Assembly: GCA_051294905.1 (NCBI GenBank)
Contig: CM119371.1
Coordinates: 18,478,001 to 18,542,000, forward strand
DNA from: Botryllus schlosseri
Lineage: Eukaryota
DNA length: 64,000 bases
Direction: 5' to 3'
Positions within the stretch are counted from its first letter, which is position 1, and every line of letters begins with the position of its first letter. Of this stretch, positions 51,401 through 64,000 are shown in pieces. Position numbers and translations under genes: made by a program. The notes under the pieces were generated by a model, which saw nothing but the letters and a program-made list of their open reading frames with translations, was not told where the DNA came from and searched no databases.

Positions 51401-54400
51401 CTACGAAATGAGTCCACATACCCCGTACAATTCCACTCCAGGCGCTGCGACTTAGCTCAAGCGAAAAAGTATTTCGTACTTTAGGTGTCAAATCATCTTT
51501 CTTGTGATAAATAAGCATAGGGAGAATTAATCAGAAAATTTTGTAGAGTACCGTAGGCATCGATACATTGAGTGAAATGGGCTTCCTTATCTTAAATTGA
51601 AACGGACAGAATAAATCGAAACAATTTGCAGATTGGGTAGGTATCGTATGTTTAGTGTCGTTGGTATTGTTAAACGTTGTCGCCGGTAACCGTTGGTATA
51701 CTATTACGAGTGTGAAAAGGATTTGCATGCCCTGTGCGGAGTATCGCAGTAGTGAACATATTTTTCGCGTGACGAAACACGATCGCTGTTTAAATGTTAA
51801 TGCATGCATTTCGATTACCGAGTTGCTATACAATAGAGATGACTCTACATTAGATCGTGCAGTGTACTTCGATTAAAACCATAACACCACATGTAAATCT
51901 ATTCGCACAACTCGATGATGTTGGTATAGTGTTACTAAAATTAATTATTACCTATTTACACAACATAAAAATACCAATTCATGTCGTAGTAAGTAAGTTT
52001 ATTGAACTCGTGCTTGATGAAAACGAATGGCGACAAGTATGCTGTTGTGTTTGAGTGAAAAATAATTATTTAGAGTAGTGACAGTTTGTGACCAACGAAT
52101 GCAAATCGATCATGATATTACAATATACGCTTTCGTCAACATAACGACTTGGCGCAGGAGAAACACTTTAACATTTTTTCAATAACTGGAATCTTGAAAC
52201 TTGTTGCTTGTGAGATTTACAGCTGGTGCACAAAGAGGTTAGCGACCATTTTGTACGATAGTATGTTTTAGGTGTATTGTTGCGTGGATAATGATATGAT
52301 GATTCAGCACTTTTCGTTAGCAAAGTAAATTGTTTTGCGCGTTAGATTTGTGGAAAGTAAGTTGAATACATACTATTTTGTGGAAGTAACTAGATTACCG
52401 CGATATCACTGGTAGGTCTCTCAAGCAGTCACCGTGGTTTCAATTTTGTAAGATGTCGCGTTGTCGGTATAATGTTTTCTAAAAGTCAAACTCGGCCGGA
52501 TATCATGACTGTGTAGGACTTACGATAAACATGTATTGATATTAAAGTTGACTATGTATAGGTACGTGCTACGCTACGGAAACACAGATTTAGCCAAAAG
52601 CCTGTATAGAACTGCGTTGGTTTTTGAAAGTGTTACATCATGAAATGCCTGACGAAATTTGGTATGGTGCATTGTTATTATGTCCTACAACTGGGTACCA
52701 ACGTTCAAGGTGAGAATTTAAGGTTTAGCATGCTAATTCTGTTATTAAAATTGACTATGTATGGGTATATGCTATGTTCACGAAAAACAGATTTGTGTAA
52801 AAGTCGGTATTCGACTGCGATAGTTTCAAAGGTGTTCCATCATTAGATGTGTGATGAAATTTAGCATGGTTCATTGCCATAATGTCCTACAACTACGTAT
52901 CAAGTTTAGAGTTGGGATTCAATGTTAAGCATGGTAATTCCGTTATTAAAGTTAGCTATGTATGAGTACGTGCTATACGCCCCCGCAAAACAGATATACG
53001 CAAAAAGTCGATGTAGAGCCGCGTTAGTTTTAAAGTTGTTCCATCATGAAATGTGTGATGGGATTTGGTATGGTGCATTGTTATAGTGTCCTATAATCCC
53101 GTACCAACTTTCAAGGTGGGAATTCAATGTTTAACACGGTAATTCTGCTATTAAAATTGACTATGCATAGGTATATGCTATGTTCACGCAAAACAGATAT
53201 GCTTAAAAGTCGGTATTCGACTGCGTTAATTTTAAAGGTGATCCATCATTAGATGCGCGATGAAATTTAGCATGGTGCATTGTCACAATGTCCTACAACT
53301 ACGAATCAAGTTTAGAGTTGGGATTCAATGTTAAGCATGGTAATTCCGTTATTAAAGTTGACTATGTATAGGTACGTGCTATACGCTCCCGCAAACAGAT
53401 GTACGCAAAAAGTCGATGTAGAGCCGCGTTAGTTTTAAAGTTGTTCCATTATGAAATGTGTGAAGAAATTTGGTATGCTGCATAATCACAATGTCCTACA
53501 ACTACGTACCAAGTTTCAAGGTGAGGAGTCACATATTAGCATGGTAATTCTGTTATTAAAGCTGACTATGGATATGTACATGCTACCGAAAACAGATTTA
53601 GGCAAAAGTTGCTATAGAACTGCGTTAGTTTTAAAGTTGTTCCATCATGAAATATGTGATGAAATTTGGTATGCTGCATAATCACAATGACCTGGAGCTC
53701 ATTTAGATACGTTTTTAATGTAGTTACACACTCTAGTTATTTTGATGTAAAGAAAAAATCATTCGATAACTCGATACAACTAGTTAACACGCGTTGATGT
53801 AACTTTCCTCATTTGTATGCATAGCCTACGCGAAATTGGTAACCGAATTTTTCGATTAGTTTATATTCCGTATTTTATTTAAAACTGAAACTGTTAAGTA
53901 CTACTTAAAGTGTTATAAAGTGTGAAAAAGTGTACAAGTAGAATTAATATTATGTCATGAATAAGTAGTTTACAAATTCATACGATTTTTCTTGTTGCGT
54001 TCCGGGATAAAATGTAATTTTTCGCTCTTTTTATTTTTTATTTTTTCAATAATATTAGTATTCATTTTACAAAAAACGTCGTGTAAAGATAAAGTACTTG
54101 AACATTTCGTAGTGCTCAAGTGTAAGTTTTTAAACTATTACCTTGACAAAATTTTCAGAATAGCAACTTTTGCGTAAATTCTGTCTTGCATTTAGTTGCC
54201 GGCTCTGAAAGCAAGCAAAGTTTGTGGTATTTGCGCAACATAGAAATTTGTACATTTCACGCTTATCTTATGTCGAAAACATAAGTTAGTTAAAGTATTT
54301 CGAATCATGGGTATGAATGATTTTAAAAAACCCAAATATGTCGCATCCAAACTTCGTGAATATTTTCGATTAGTTTTTTCGATTCTATCTACTTTAAAGG

Positions 54401-57400
54401 ATTCAGTGTAGAAGTTTCGCAACTTGCATGAATTACAAGCTACATAATTCAATTAGTTAACACGCGTTGATGTAACTTTCCTCATTTGTATGCATAGCCT
54501 ATGCGAAATTGGTTACCGAATTTTTCGATTAGTTTATATTCCGAATTTTATTTAAGTACTACTAAAATTGCTGCAAAATATGAAAAAGTACACAAGTAGA
54601 ATTATTACTATATCATGAATAAGTAGTTTACAAATTCATATGATTTATCTTGTTGCGTTCCGCGATAAAAGTTTAATTCGCAAAATTAGTGTGTTCGAAT
54701 CAGGCCTGTCGGCAATATAGTGATGTCGCATTAGCCCTAAATACACATAATAGAATATCAAGGAAAAGTATCATCTAACGTATAATGAATGTTATTTATT
54801 TCTCGGAAGCAAGTTATTATCAAAACATAGTGGTCAAAATTATCGCAGAGCAATACCGATTTTGCGTAAATTCCGTTATGCGTCTGACTACGTTACTAGG
54901 GATTATGTAGTTAGTTAGGAAATTAGGAGTCCTATCTTCCCAATCGGTATGGAACAACATCAAAAGCATCACAAAGCAATATCGACTTTTGCGTGAATTC
55001 TGTTATGCGTTTTACTACGGTAGTATGCGCACCTGCTTACAGGTGTCCAGACGTGAACTTTCTACTATATTCGCTCCTAACATTATAGCAGCACCCGACG
55101 CAGCTTACATTATTACGTTATAAGACGCCGGCGGCGTTTCACAGTCAGTTTAATCACCTTATTCTAGTGACATGAAAAGGACTGAATCGTATGAAATGTG
55201 GTCACTTCAAGAATCACGATTTTTCACTAAGTAGTTATGTTTCTAGGCTACTTTTACTTCTATTTCACGGGTTTTCATAGAAATCTGCTTACTTTTATAA
55301 CTTTATATTTTGTGAAGTAGAGAGTAGTTTAAGGTTATGTTTGTCTAACCTTGGCGAGTGCTATTGTCACACTCGATCACCATCTTCAAATCATGGCTAT
55401 CTCAATGATGTTGACTAAATTTTCGGCTTCAGAACGTGTTAATTAGACCTAATCGTTTTAACGCTGGGGTTCGTGTACAGGCATCGATAGAGTTTGTATA
55501 AATAAAGCCCTGCGAATCGCACGCCTACGGCTATAGTTCGTTCGATTATTTTCACCTTGGGATTCGCGTATATGCTACTAAGCTGTTATTCTACAGGACT
55601 ATTCGGAACGCGCACATGCGAGTGATTTGTTTCCGTATAGCTCCGAACTGGAGAATCGCTTGCCTGCGTCTAATGAAAATAAGTCGTAAAATGTGGAGGC
55701 TGCGGAGACAGTAACTTGTATACATAAAATCAAGTTTAAAAATATAGACGGATGAGTTATCTCTGACCAATAGAGTAATATAACCGCCTATAGTTTAGTG
55801 GGGTATTGCTATAATGTATATCCAAACAATCGTTGCAGACTCTGAATGTTACCTAGGTCCTTATCACAAAAAATCATGCATCAGAAGCGTAGGGGTTCAT
55901 ATTATCAAGTCGCAGCGCTCAAAATCGCATTTTATATCAAGTAATTAGTGATGATGTATAGAATTTTGATATTAATAATATTATCCGGAGAATATAACCT
56001 TACATAGACATTATAGTTTTCGCATTTATGTATAATCTGAATAGGAATTTAAATACATAGTCCTAAATACACATAATAGAAAATCTGTCGATTCTAGCCA
56101 AGGTAAGTTTTGACGCAGCAATCATAAGTCGTAAAATGTGGAAACTGCAGAAACCGTAACTTGTACACATAAAATCAAGTTTAAAAAATATGGACGGATG
56201 ATATTAGTCCTAAATACACATAATACAATATCTGAGAAAAGTATCAAGATGCGGCAATCAATGCGGTGATGATGTGGCAATGGATGATGTGGCACTATAG
56301 GTGTGGCGCTTGATGATGTGACACAGATGAATGTGGCAGGTGATGTGCCAATGGGCGGATGATGTGGCAATAGGTGTGCTATAGGTGCGGCAATGGGCGT
56401 GCTATAGGTGTGGCAATGGGTGGATGATGTGGCAATAGGCGTCCCATAGGTGCGGCAATGGGCGGATGATGTGGCAATGTAGGTGTGGCAATTAAGGCGA
56501 CGTGGCCTTCTGGGATTGGCCGGCGTATAAATTGCTTTCCCTTACTACTTCGCGGACCCCCTGGAAATGCTTCGCGGACCCCTGGGGGTCCGCGGACCCC
56601 CGGTTGAGAACCGCTGCGAATAGGGTCTGCTGTCGTGAAGTTTTCAACAGAAATCGACAATTAAAACGTGTACCGTGTTCGTCCGTGAAGAATGTCCTTG
56701 TCGTCGATAGCAAAAACGTCAGTCCCAGTATTGAAGTTGTATATCTAACGACTGTTCTCGGGGCCCATGCAGCAATTAGAGCTTATGGTCTCTGATGATC
56801 TGTATAGAAGTACAGCTAACCAATCGTCTTGGTGCTCGGCTATACAATACTTATCTCGAGAAGCTGTTGCCTTGGGTGAAGTTCTTCGTAACAGATATAT
56901 GCTCAATACAATGGTCTATTCGACGTTGATGCAGTAGTAGCGTATAGAGTCTCAATCATAATAATCATCTAAAACACTTGTTACAGGCACTTATGTACTA
57001 GTCTGGACTCTCGAGTAATCTCAAAAAGAAGTAGTTTCTTATTCGAGACATAGCAAAATATCATGGACGAGTGATCACAGCGGAATAGCTGCAGTATCAG
57101 CAAATAGCGGATAGCCGAAGGAGGGCCTGGGAGCGAAGCCCCCCGGAAGTCTGGCTTATCACCCGATGGGGGGCCCAAGACCAACGTTTTTTTTGGTGGC
57201 GGCTGACGAAGTGCTGTTACGGCCCTGGTAACGAATTAGTTTTACCTACGGGAACGCCCGAATATGTTTAATTAATAAATACGAGCCTTTTATTTACCCA
57301 TAAAACAGCTCACTCAGCGCTACTGGTAAATCATATTACATGGGCTGAGGGGATAAAAAGTTTATAGCGACTTACCTATGTAATTACTACCTATTCATTC

Positions 57401-57739
57401 ATGCATCATAGAAAATTTTGGTACTTTAGGGCGATCAGGCCACACAAACTTTGCCTACCATCGAAATCACGCTAAGGCGTTCTAGGGGGCGAAGCCCTCA
57501 GAAGTTTGGTTTATCACGCTATGGGTGCGCAAGGCAATCGTTTTTAGGGGGGTTGACGAAGTGCTGTTACGGCCCTCCCTCTTAGTCATTGTCCTTATTA
57601 CATTCCTTACAATATAAGGTTGGGGGGCGCTGGAGCACGATAATTTTTGAAAGGGGGCGCTGGAGGAAAAAAGGTTAAGAACCACTGGTCTAGTGCTTTC
57701 AAACTGAGCCTAGCAATATGCAGCAGACCAGCAATATAC

Positions 57740-58027
57740 TGTAGCGTAACCGCTCCCTGATTACGTTGATTACTGACCGCACTGATCATCAATCATGCTG
57801 CTATTTGTTGCTGTTTGCGAACCTATGTCGTGTCAGTCGGCTTTTAGTCACCGTCGGAGGGCCAGTCGGCTTTTAGTCACCGTCGGAGGTGCAGTCGCAT
57901 TTAGTCACCGTCGGACGAGCATCGTCATGTTTTAGTTGTTTTATTAAAAGAGCAATGCTGCCTTGTCTACTTTGACTTATCGAGCCGCGGACCAAGAAGA
58001 ACGCGCGCCACGACAGAGCACGCTATA
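57740..58027. mobile_element. Solo LTR
   Basis: TGTAGCGT ... ACGCTATA (TG..CA with one change); 4-bp TSD ATAC at 57736-57739 and 58028-58031; internal 3x TTTAGTCACCGTCGGA; interrupts the host MITE. Confidence 0.7.
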
Positions 58028-59320
58028 ATACTCACGTAACAATAATTGACCTATAAACTTTTAAGGTTTTTCGCGCCTTGCGCGGTTAGTGGCTCCCGCG
58101 ATGGTTCGTCAATGGAATGTGGCCCTTTATGCGAAAAGGTTGACCACCACTGATGAGACGGCGAGTATAGGAGCCTAGAGAAACCTCCAACACTTGGGCA
58201 GGGAGTCTATGGAGTCGAACCTGTACCCGCAATCCATTGGTGTTGCAGGCAGATGTGCATTATATCACTGCCCTATCCAGCCAGACTGTAGCTTGTGTGT
58301 CTTGAACGGATAAAAATAGGAAAGCCACTGATTACATTGCATTGTGGCCTACGTCGTATGAACATGAACAGCAGCGCACTGCCATTGCATATTTGGATTT
58401 TATCAAATTCAAGGAAATATGCGGTGGAGAATCAAATTTGTTCTGTTATAAGTCTCACCGATTCGAGATACTTTCAACGATCGTGGAAGGAAGTCTAGAT
58501 GAGTTTTTCTGGGAACGAAATTCGTGATTGAGGTTTGTGGATTAGAAGTTGCTAGTTCATTGGACGTTAGGTGGCGTAAACACTCCACTGGTGAATCAGG
58601 GATTTCCCCCCGTTGACACTAGCGCAGGCAAGTCAAGTGTTAAATTGTGTTCATTTACTTGTAAGTGGAGAGGGTACTGTAGAGAGATTCTCATCCGTGT
58701 CTGTGAATCGTATGCAAATTTCTGATGAATTGTTATCTACAGCGCTAATTCCTAGTCATATCCGCGATTGATTTGCAACAGAAGGATTAGAATAGCCGCA
58801 TCCGATATTGTAGGCCAACTTCTGTAGTGCCATCGTTTTTTTATTATTTGGCTTTACAGCAACTGAAACTGATTATAATTCCAACGATATTTTGAGTATA
58901 CTTCTTTAACGAGCCGAGCAGGGCTGTCTGGTGACTGAATCACGATATTACGTGGGGGTCCTGTGTGACCAAATTTTAATACATTTTTAGAATCAGTGTC
59001 ACACTGACACACACTGACAGTGTGAAAGTTGCTTTCAATTGACACCGGTTTGAATAAATTTCGCGCTCTGGTCTGGTCGCCAGCTATAAGATCGCTCGAA
59101 AATGTTGCGGTAAGCCTGCTGAGATTAAAACCCATGTAAATATTTATACTATTCTATACGATCAAAATAATGTAACTGAAGACATTTGCCTCATGAGTTA
59201 TAACTGAAGGATTAAGCAATTAAGCATATACAAATGGAATTGCACCATCACAACTAATAGTTTGGGAATTAAATTTAAAGGTTTGGTGATCTTATAGTGT
59301 AGTGGGCGCCCACTGGTCAT

Positions 59321-59505
59321 CAATGTTCCCTTTAATTTTTGACGAGTCTGCGCACACTCACCAAGTCATTGCACAGACCCTTGGACAACAGTGTGCAATG
59401 ACTAAAAAAGGTCATCACTTCCGATTTTTTGTGTGCAACTTGAGATTTTCTGTGCGCAGAGACCATGTCAGCACTGCGCATGTGCGCAGCATATAGGGAA
59501 CATTG
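59321..59505. mobile_element. Short hAT MITE (sister of 21722-21913)
   Basis: CAATGTTCCCT ... AGGGAACATTG; TSD CTGGTCAT / CTGCTCAT. Confidence 0.8.
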
Positions 59506-59565
59506 CTGCTCATAATTCAGTAAAACCGAATTCCGAATATTCAATTTTTTTCAAGTCAAGGGAGG

Positions 59566-60499
59566 AGGGTTGGTTCGATTTGTTTGAAATACGGTCAGTT
59601 TTGTTTGAAATAAGGTCTGTCTCATATTTGAAATAAGGTCAGTCGCTATATTCACTATAAGGTCAGTTGCAGTCCCAACATATCCAAGGCACGATGTCAC
59701 ATTGGTAACCCAGTCCGAACACATCCCAGACCTGGTGAACGAACACGCCAAAGACACGATGTCCGTGTGTCAACACAGTCCGAACACTCGCCAGACACCA
59801 TGTCCGAATGGCAGCACAGACCGAACGGCGAACACACATCAGACGTGATTTCGACATGATGTCTGAGTGGCAACACAGTCCGAACACACCCCCAGACATG
59901 ATATAAATAAGGTTAGTCATGTTTGAAATATGGTCAGTCTCATGTTTGAAATAAGGCTAGTCATGTTTGAAATAAGGTTGCGGTCTCGTGTTTGAAATAA
60001 GGATAATCTTGTTTGAAATAAGGACAGTTATGTTTGAAATATGGATACGGTAGCGGCATAGTCATGTTTGAAATAAGGTCAATCTCATGTCGGTCTGTGC
60101 TGCCATTTGGACATGGTGTCTGAGGTGTGTTCAGCCCGTGTTGCCATTCAGACATAGTGTCTAGGGTGGGTTCGCACTGTGTTGACACTCGGATATCGTG
60201 TCTGGGGTGTGTTCGGCCTGTGCTGCCATTCGGACATGGTGTCTGGGGTGTGTTCGGACTGTGTTGACACTCGGACATGGTGTCTGGGGATTGTTCGGAC
60301 ATCACGTCTGTGATTTGTTAGGATTGGGTTACCACTGGGAAATCATGCCTTGGATATGTTGGTACTGCAACTGACCTTATAGTGAATATAGCGACTGACC
60401 TTATTTCAAACATGACTAATGACTATCCTTATTTCAAACATGAGACTGACCTTATTTCAAAGAAAACTGACCTTGTTTCAAACAAACCGAACCAACCCT
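59566..60499. mobile_element. Modular foldback element (~930 bp)
   Basis: AGGGTTGGTTCG.TTTGTTTGAAA ... TTTCAAACAAACCGAACCAACCCT; arms built from TTTGAAATAAGG and CGGACATGGTGTCTGGGG repeats; TSD not evident. Confidence 0.75.
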
Positions 60500-61969
60500 G
60501 TAGAGTTGAGGTACTAATAAGCCCTCTCGGAATCAAAATATTGAATGATGCAAATTATCATTGTTCCGCACAATCGCAAAACAAACCGTGATTGATGACA
60601 TCAGCCTATTCTGTAACGACATGAAATGTAATAGGACAAATGAAGTGTTCCCATCGACATATATATTTATTGGAGTTAGGAATTGCCGCTTTTATTGAAT
60701 TAGGAATTGCCGCTTTTATTGAATTTTGAGGTGCAACACTGCTGTATGTAATAAGACTGCATGTTTTCAGTCGGCCTAACGCAGGTCGGTTCATTCACCA
60801 AAGGGAAGTCAGCCTCAAAATTGTTAATTAGCGATATCGCAGCACTAACGGGTGGTGTATAGCTACAACTATTCTGGCCACGTACTTTATCGGCGACTGC
60901 ACATGTCTTGTTGAAACAAGAGAGTGATAGAGGGCTGTAACCAAATAATAGGTTTTTGAGTCACAAGTTAATTTGACTTTTATAGTGTTGACTCAAGTGA
61001 AGTCGAGTCACTTTCAACTCACCTCCTAGTCCGAGTCAGGGGCCATCTGTTTGATTTCGTGATTTACTGTGAATTTGCAAAGTCAACGAAAATATTGATT
61101 AGCCTGCTGACCACGGAATGTGGGATGGTGATAACTAAAATGTCAGTTGCGAAGCAATGGGGTAGCAACATTTTTCGTAGATCTTCGTGTGTTAGTATGA
61201 AGTAGAATATTTTGCGGCGGATTTATCCATGTTTGAATTTTGCGTAATGCGATTTGCGGACTTGAGTCCAACTATATTCACAATCATGACAGAACGTGTC
61301 GTTCGACATACAAATTCGCGTGTGCGTTCGCATAAAGATTGTCAGCAATGAAACTTTGGCACAAAATGAGAGACACATGGTGACTGAAACCTCCGATCTT
61401 GATATGTCCAAATAGTCCTGTCGTTGCAAACTGAGCTATACAGAGGCGACCTGCAATATATGCAAGTAACAATATTATTGACTGAATTCATTTACTAACT
61501 AAAAAAACTGAAAAAAAAATTGCGCCTGGCGTGACTAGGACATAATGCACACTGGTTTTTCATTAAATACATCATACATGTAGTGTAGACGATTTTGACG
61601 TGTAATAAGTCTATTTTCACCGCTACCTAAACCGAGTAGCTTTAGCAGTGGCTCGTAAATTGGTAGGCCGCCCTGCTAAATGTTTATCCAAACAGATTAC
61701 TTGGTCGTGTCATGTGCTAGGAATTGAGGACAATAAAGGAGATAGCATATATTATTGTTCTTTCCTTATTATTCTCTCAGCATTAGGGTATATGATATAT
61801 TTTTCTAATAATCATTTCGTAGAAGCTCGTATATTGGGAAGTGTTCTCGCAGTGATCACAATTTAGAGTGTGTGGCTTGCTAGGACTTCGTTTAGTGTTT
61901 AAACGTTCACTCTAAAATTATAATCAAACTTCAGAAACTTTTATGGGCATGCGTATGAGTACACATTCC

Positions 61970-62354
61970 CAGGGTTGTAATGACCAGAGTCAAGATTTTT
62001 GGTTACACGACTTGACTCGAGTCATTTTTTTTGTGGTCACGTACTGTTATCCAAAAATTAGAGAGAACATTGGTTAGGACTGAGGAAAATTACGATATTA
62101 TGAATGCGAGCCGTTCTATATCACTCGGGCAGAGATGAAAAAAGTCGGTTGAATCATCATCATCATCAATCGGATTGAACTCCAATCTGAGCAGTGAACA
62201 AAATGACTTGGGCTCGGAGTCGATTCACAACACCATGACTCGGACTCGGCTCTCTATTCACTGACTTGACTCGGTGGTAAATTGAGAATGACTCTACATT
62301 ACTCGAGTCAAAACTATAAAAGTGAGATTGACTTGTGACTTGGTTACAACCCTG
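61970..62354. mobile_element. hAT MITE of the GACTCGAGTC family (inverted relative to 28452-28953)
   Basis: CAGGGTTGTAA ... TTACAACCCTG; CTCGAGTCAAAACTAT.AAAGTGAGATTGACTTGTGA is the inverse of 28483-28520. Confidence 0.75.
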
Positions 62355-64000
62355 GTTTCAGAGGATAGTGATTTCCTTTGTTGGGTTGTGGTGCTATGGT
62401 AAATTAATTTCTCCGTCTCCTCGAGACACCTAATCCATCCGTTACCACAGACATCTCTTTCTCTATGTTGTAAGCAGTGAATGGAAAATTCGAAACCTCT
62501 CTAACTATAAACAAAGTCTGCAATGTACAATGCATCGTGTATTGATTGAGAGTCATGTTCATCGTGCACGATCAGGATATTATGATGTCATTTTTGTATT
62601 AGCGTACCGGGTACCCTGATACTGTAGTTGCATTAATGATAATTAATTATTGCAATGAAAAAACGGAAGATTTTGATCTAAAAAAATTCAGACATTTTTT
62701 GACCTAAAAAAACTTCATTTTGACCTTTGCGTATTAGGTGTTTCCCACATAGCCTACTGTTAGAATTGTACTACTTATCTTCATTTCTGGTTGGAACTGT
62801 CTGTCCTTATGAAGTAGTTTGTTGTGAAAACTTTTTTGACTCGAAAACTGTCAATCAGCAGATTATGGGTCGTCCACAACCGTGGGCCTATAACAGGACC
62901 GGACAACCTCTGAAGTCGGCGGGCCGGACATGGGGAATTGAATTACTTGACGAGCCGGATTACTGAATCGTTATATACAAACGCGTAATTATCCACCTAT
63001 ACAAGGATTAATAGCATTAACTTTAAATCTAAGGCATACAGACCCAAGCAGTATCCAATGAATTTATTAACGTAATGTCAATTAATTTATTACCGTAATG
63101 CCTCCAATAACTGTTGAAGTCAATGAGGCATCTGTGGACGATCAAATTTATGTACAGATTCTCTGAACTCAAAGAAAACGGTGGGCAGACCTGCTTCATG
63201 CGCGAGCCGCTTATCGGAAATCTTAGCTTTGAAAAAACCACAGCACAAAAATTTAAAAATATGAATTTATAATGTTACAATGAAATGTAGGCTAACAAAT
63301 TGAGTTTATTATTGTGTGGTGATACGATTAGTCTTCACATGTTTGAAATCACGCTGTTATGACGTCTAAGCAGTGCTGTTAAGAAGTGCTGATGAGAGTT
63401 TAAGAGCGATATTAGCTCAGTAATCTCAACGACACAGTTATTGCTAGCCTTTACAATACAAATGGAAGAGCCGTATTCACCATTGCTAGCCCGGAAATTA
63501 TCATGACCTGCGCTGGCGTAATTAATCATCATGTGCATTGTTGAGCACAATGATTTGTCATTGATTGATGACCAGGCTCGATTTGAGAGCTCAATGGCGA
63601 ATTTCTAACCCTGTAGTGCCACCTTACCCTAAATTTTAAAAGTCATGCGTGAACCATATGGAAAGAGATAACACAAAGACAATACGCATATTGTTAACAC
63701 GTGATAAATGCATCAATTTATAATCAGGTTAAACCTCTAGTAAAAGGGCAAACGCATTTGCATTATGTTCAATCATGAAAGAGCCGCAATCAAAGGCTGG
63801 AAGAGCCGCAGTTTGCCTACCCATGATATATATCGTCGACACAAGGAAGCTTATCTGACCCTTTTGTTATTATTAATATTAACGTAGGTAATTATCAATA
63901 ATAAATTCATAGAACCGTGCTAAATTGGCAAATTTTCAAATCCCTGCCCCTTTTTCTCAGAGGGGTACGTGTCCGCAACACACTTCACTCTCTAATCCAG

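Larger units (their letters stand above)
32978..56549. mobile_element. Giant non-coding foldback element with Maverick/Polinton-type ends (16.1 kb net)
   Basis: Ends AGTAGTAAGGGAAAGC / GCTTTCCCTTACTACT; TSD TCGCGG at 32972-32977 and 56550-56555. Left arm 32978-35032 + 42493-48476 is the reverse complement of right arm 48510-56549; mirrored ORF pairs sum to 96986; loop 48477-48509. Boundaries are firm, the Polinton assignment is inference. Confidence 0.9.
32179..56616 (-). mobile_element. Buster/Charlie-like hAT derivative (~0.86 kb net), split by the giant foldback
   Basis: CAGTGGTTCTCAACC ... GGTTGAGAACCGCTG with CGCGGACCCC subterminal repeats at both ends; imperfect TSD CAATAGGG / CGAATAGGG. 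Confidence 0.85.
22397..57093 (-). mobile_element. Gypsy-type LTR retrotransposon, gag-only (~5.2 kb net of insertions)
   Basis: LTRs TGCAGC...GCTGCA at 56768-57093 and 22397-25249 (the latter split by a MITE), about 3 differences seen in 326 bp. TSD GTAT at 22393-22396 and 57094-57097; PBS-like TGGGCCCCGAG on minus next to 56767; purine-rich GAGTGGAAATA on minus next to 25250. Confidence 0.9.
19821..57687. mobile_element. Non-autonomous hAT element inflated to 37.9 kb by nested insertions
   Basis: TIRs CAGTGGTTCTTAACCTT / AAGGTTAAGAACCACTG, subterminal GGGGGCGCTGG repeats at both ends, perfect TSD GTCTAGTG at 19813-19820 and 57688-57695. Confidence 0.9.
19380..58152. mobile_element. Split copy of the 17235-17939 MITE family; outermost host of the nested stack
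   Basis: 19386-19812 aligns by eye to 17367-17745; the match resumes at 57696-57739 and 58032-58152, ending GGTTGACCACCACTG. Left terminus and TSD not found. Confidence 0.65.

Noticed and set aside
32978..56549. Giant palindrome as a sequencing or assembly fold-back artefact
   Set aside because: The arms differ by substitutions, indels and a 7.5-kb one-arm insertion; the ends carry a TSD; three enclosing elements continue correctly on both flanks. Read-level confirmation is still advisable.
58342..58527. Transposase remnant in the 5640-6145 / 58345-58815 repeat
   Set aside because: Resemblance to hAT motifs is too weak to call without a profile search.

Overview
Repeat-dense animal (probably invertebrate) nuclear DNA; the species cannot be determined from the sequence. 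Recognisable coding content: a decayed R2-like retrotransposon RT (1053-3280), a 14-finger C2H2 gene (15625-16833), an intact Gypsy-type gag (30623-32080, minus), a broken piggyBac transposase (35363-42111, minus) and two hAT transposase remnants. About 19.4-58.2 kb is one nested stack, with target-site duplications (TSDs) readable at the six inner levels: old hAT MITE > hAT element 19821-57687 (GTCTAGTG) > gag-only LTR element 22397-57093 (GTAT) > Buster-like hAT 32179-56616 (imperfect TSD) > giant foldback 32978-56549 (TCGCGG) > piggyBac 35033-42488 (CTAT) > non-coding LTR element 35913-40932 (CTGC). The most striking object is the foldback: two ~8.04-kb near-identical inverted arms with no recognisable gene, a 33-bp G-free loop, AGTAGT...ACTACT ends and a 6-bp TSD, which are Maverick/Polinton-type ends. 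All comparisons were by eye; no alignments or database searches were run.
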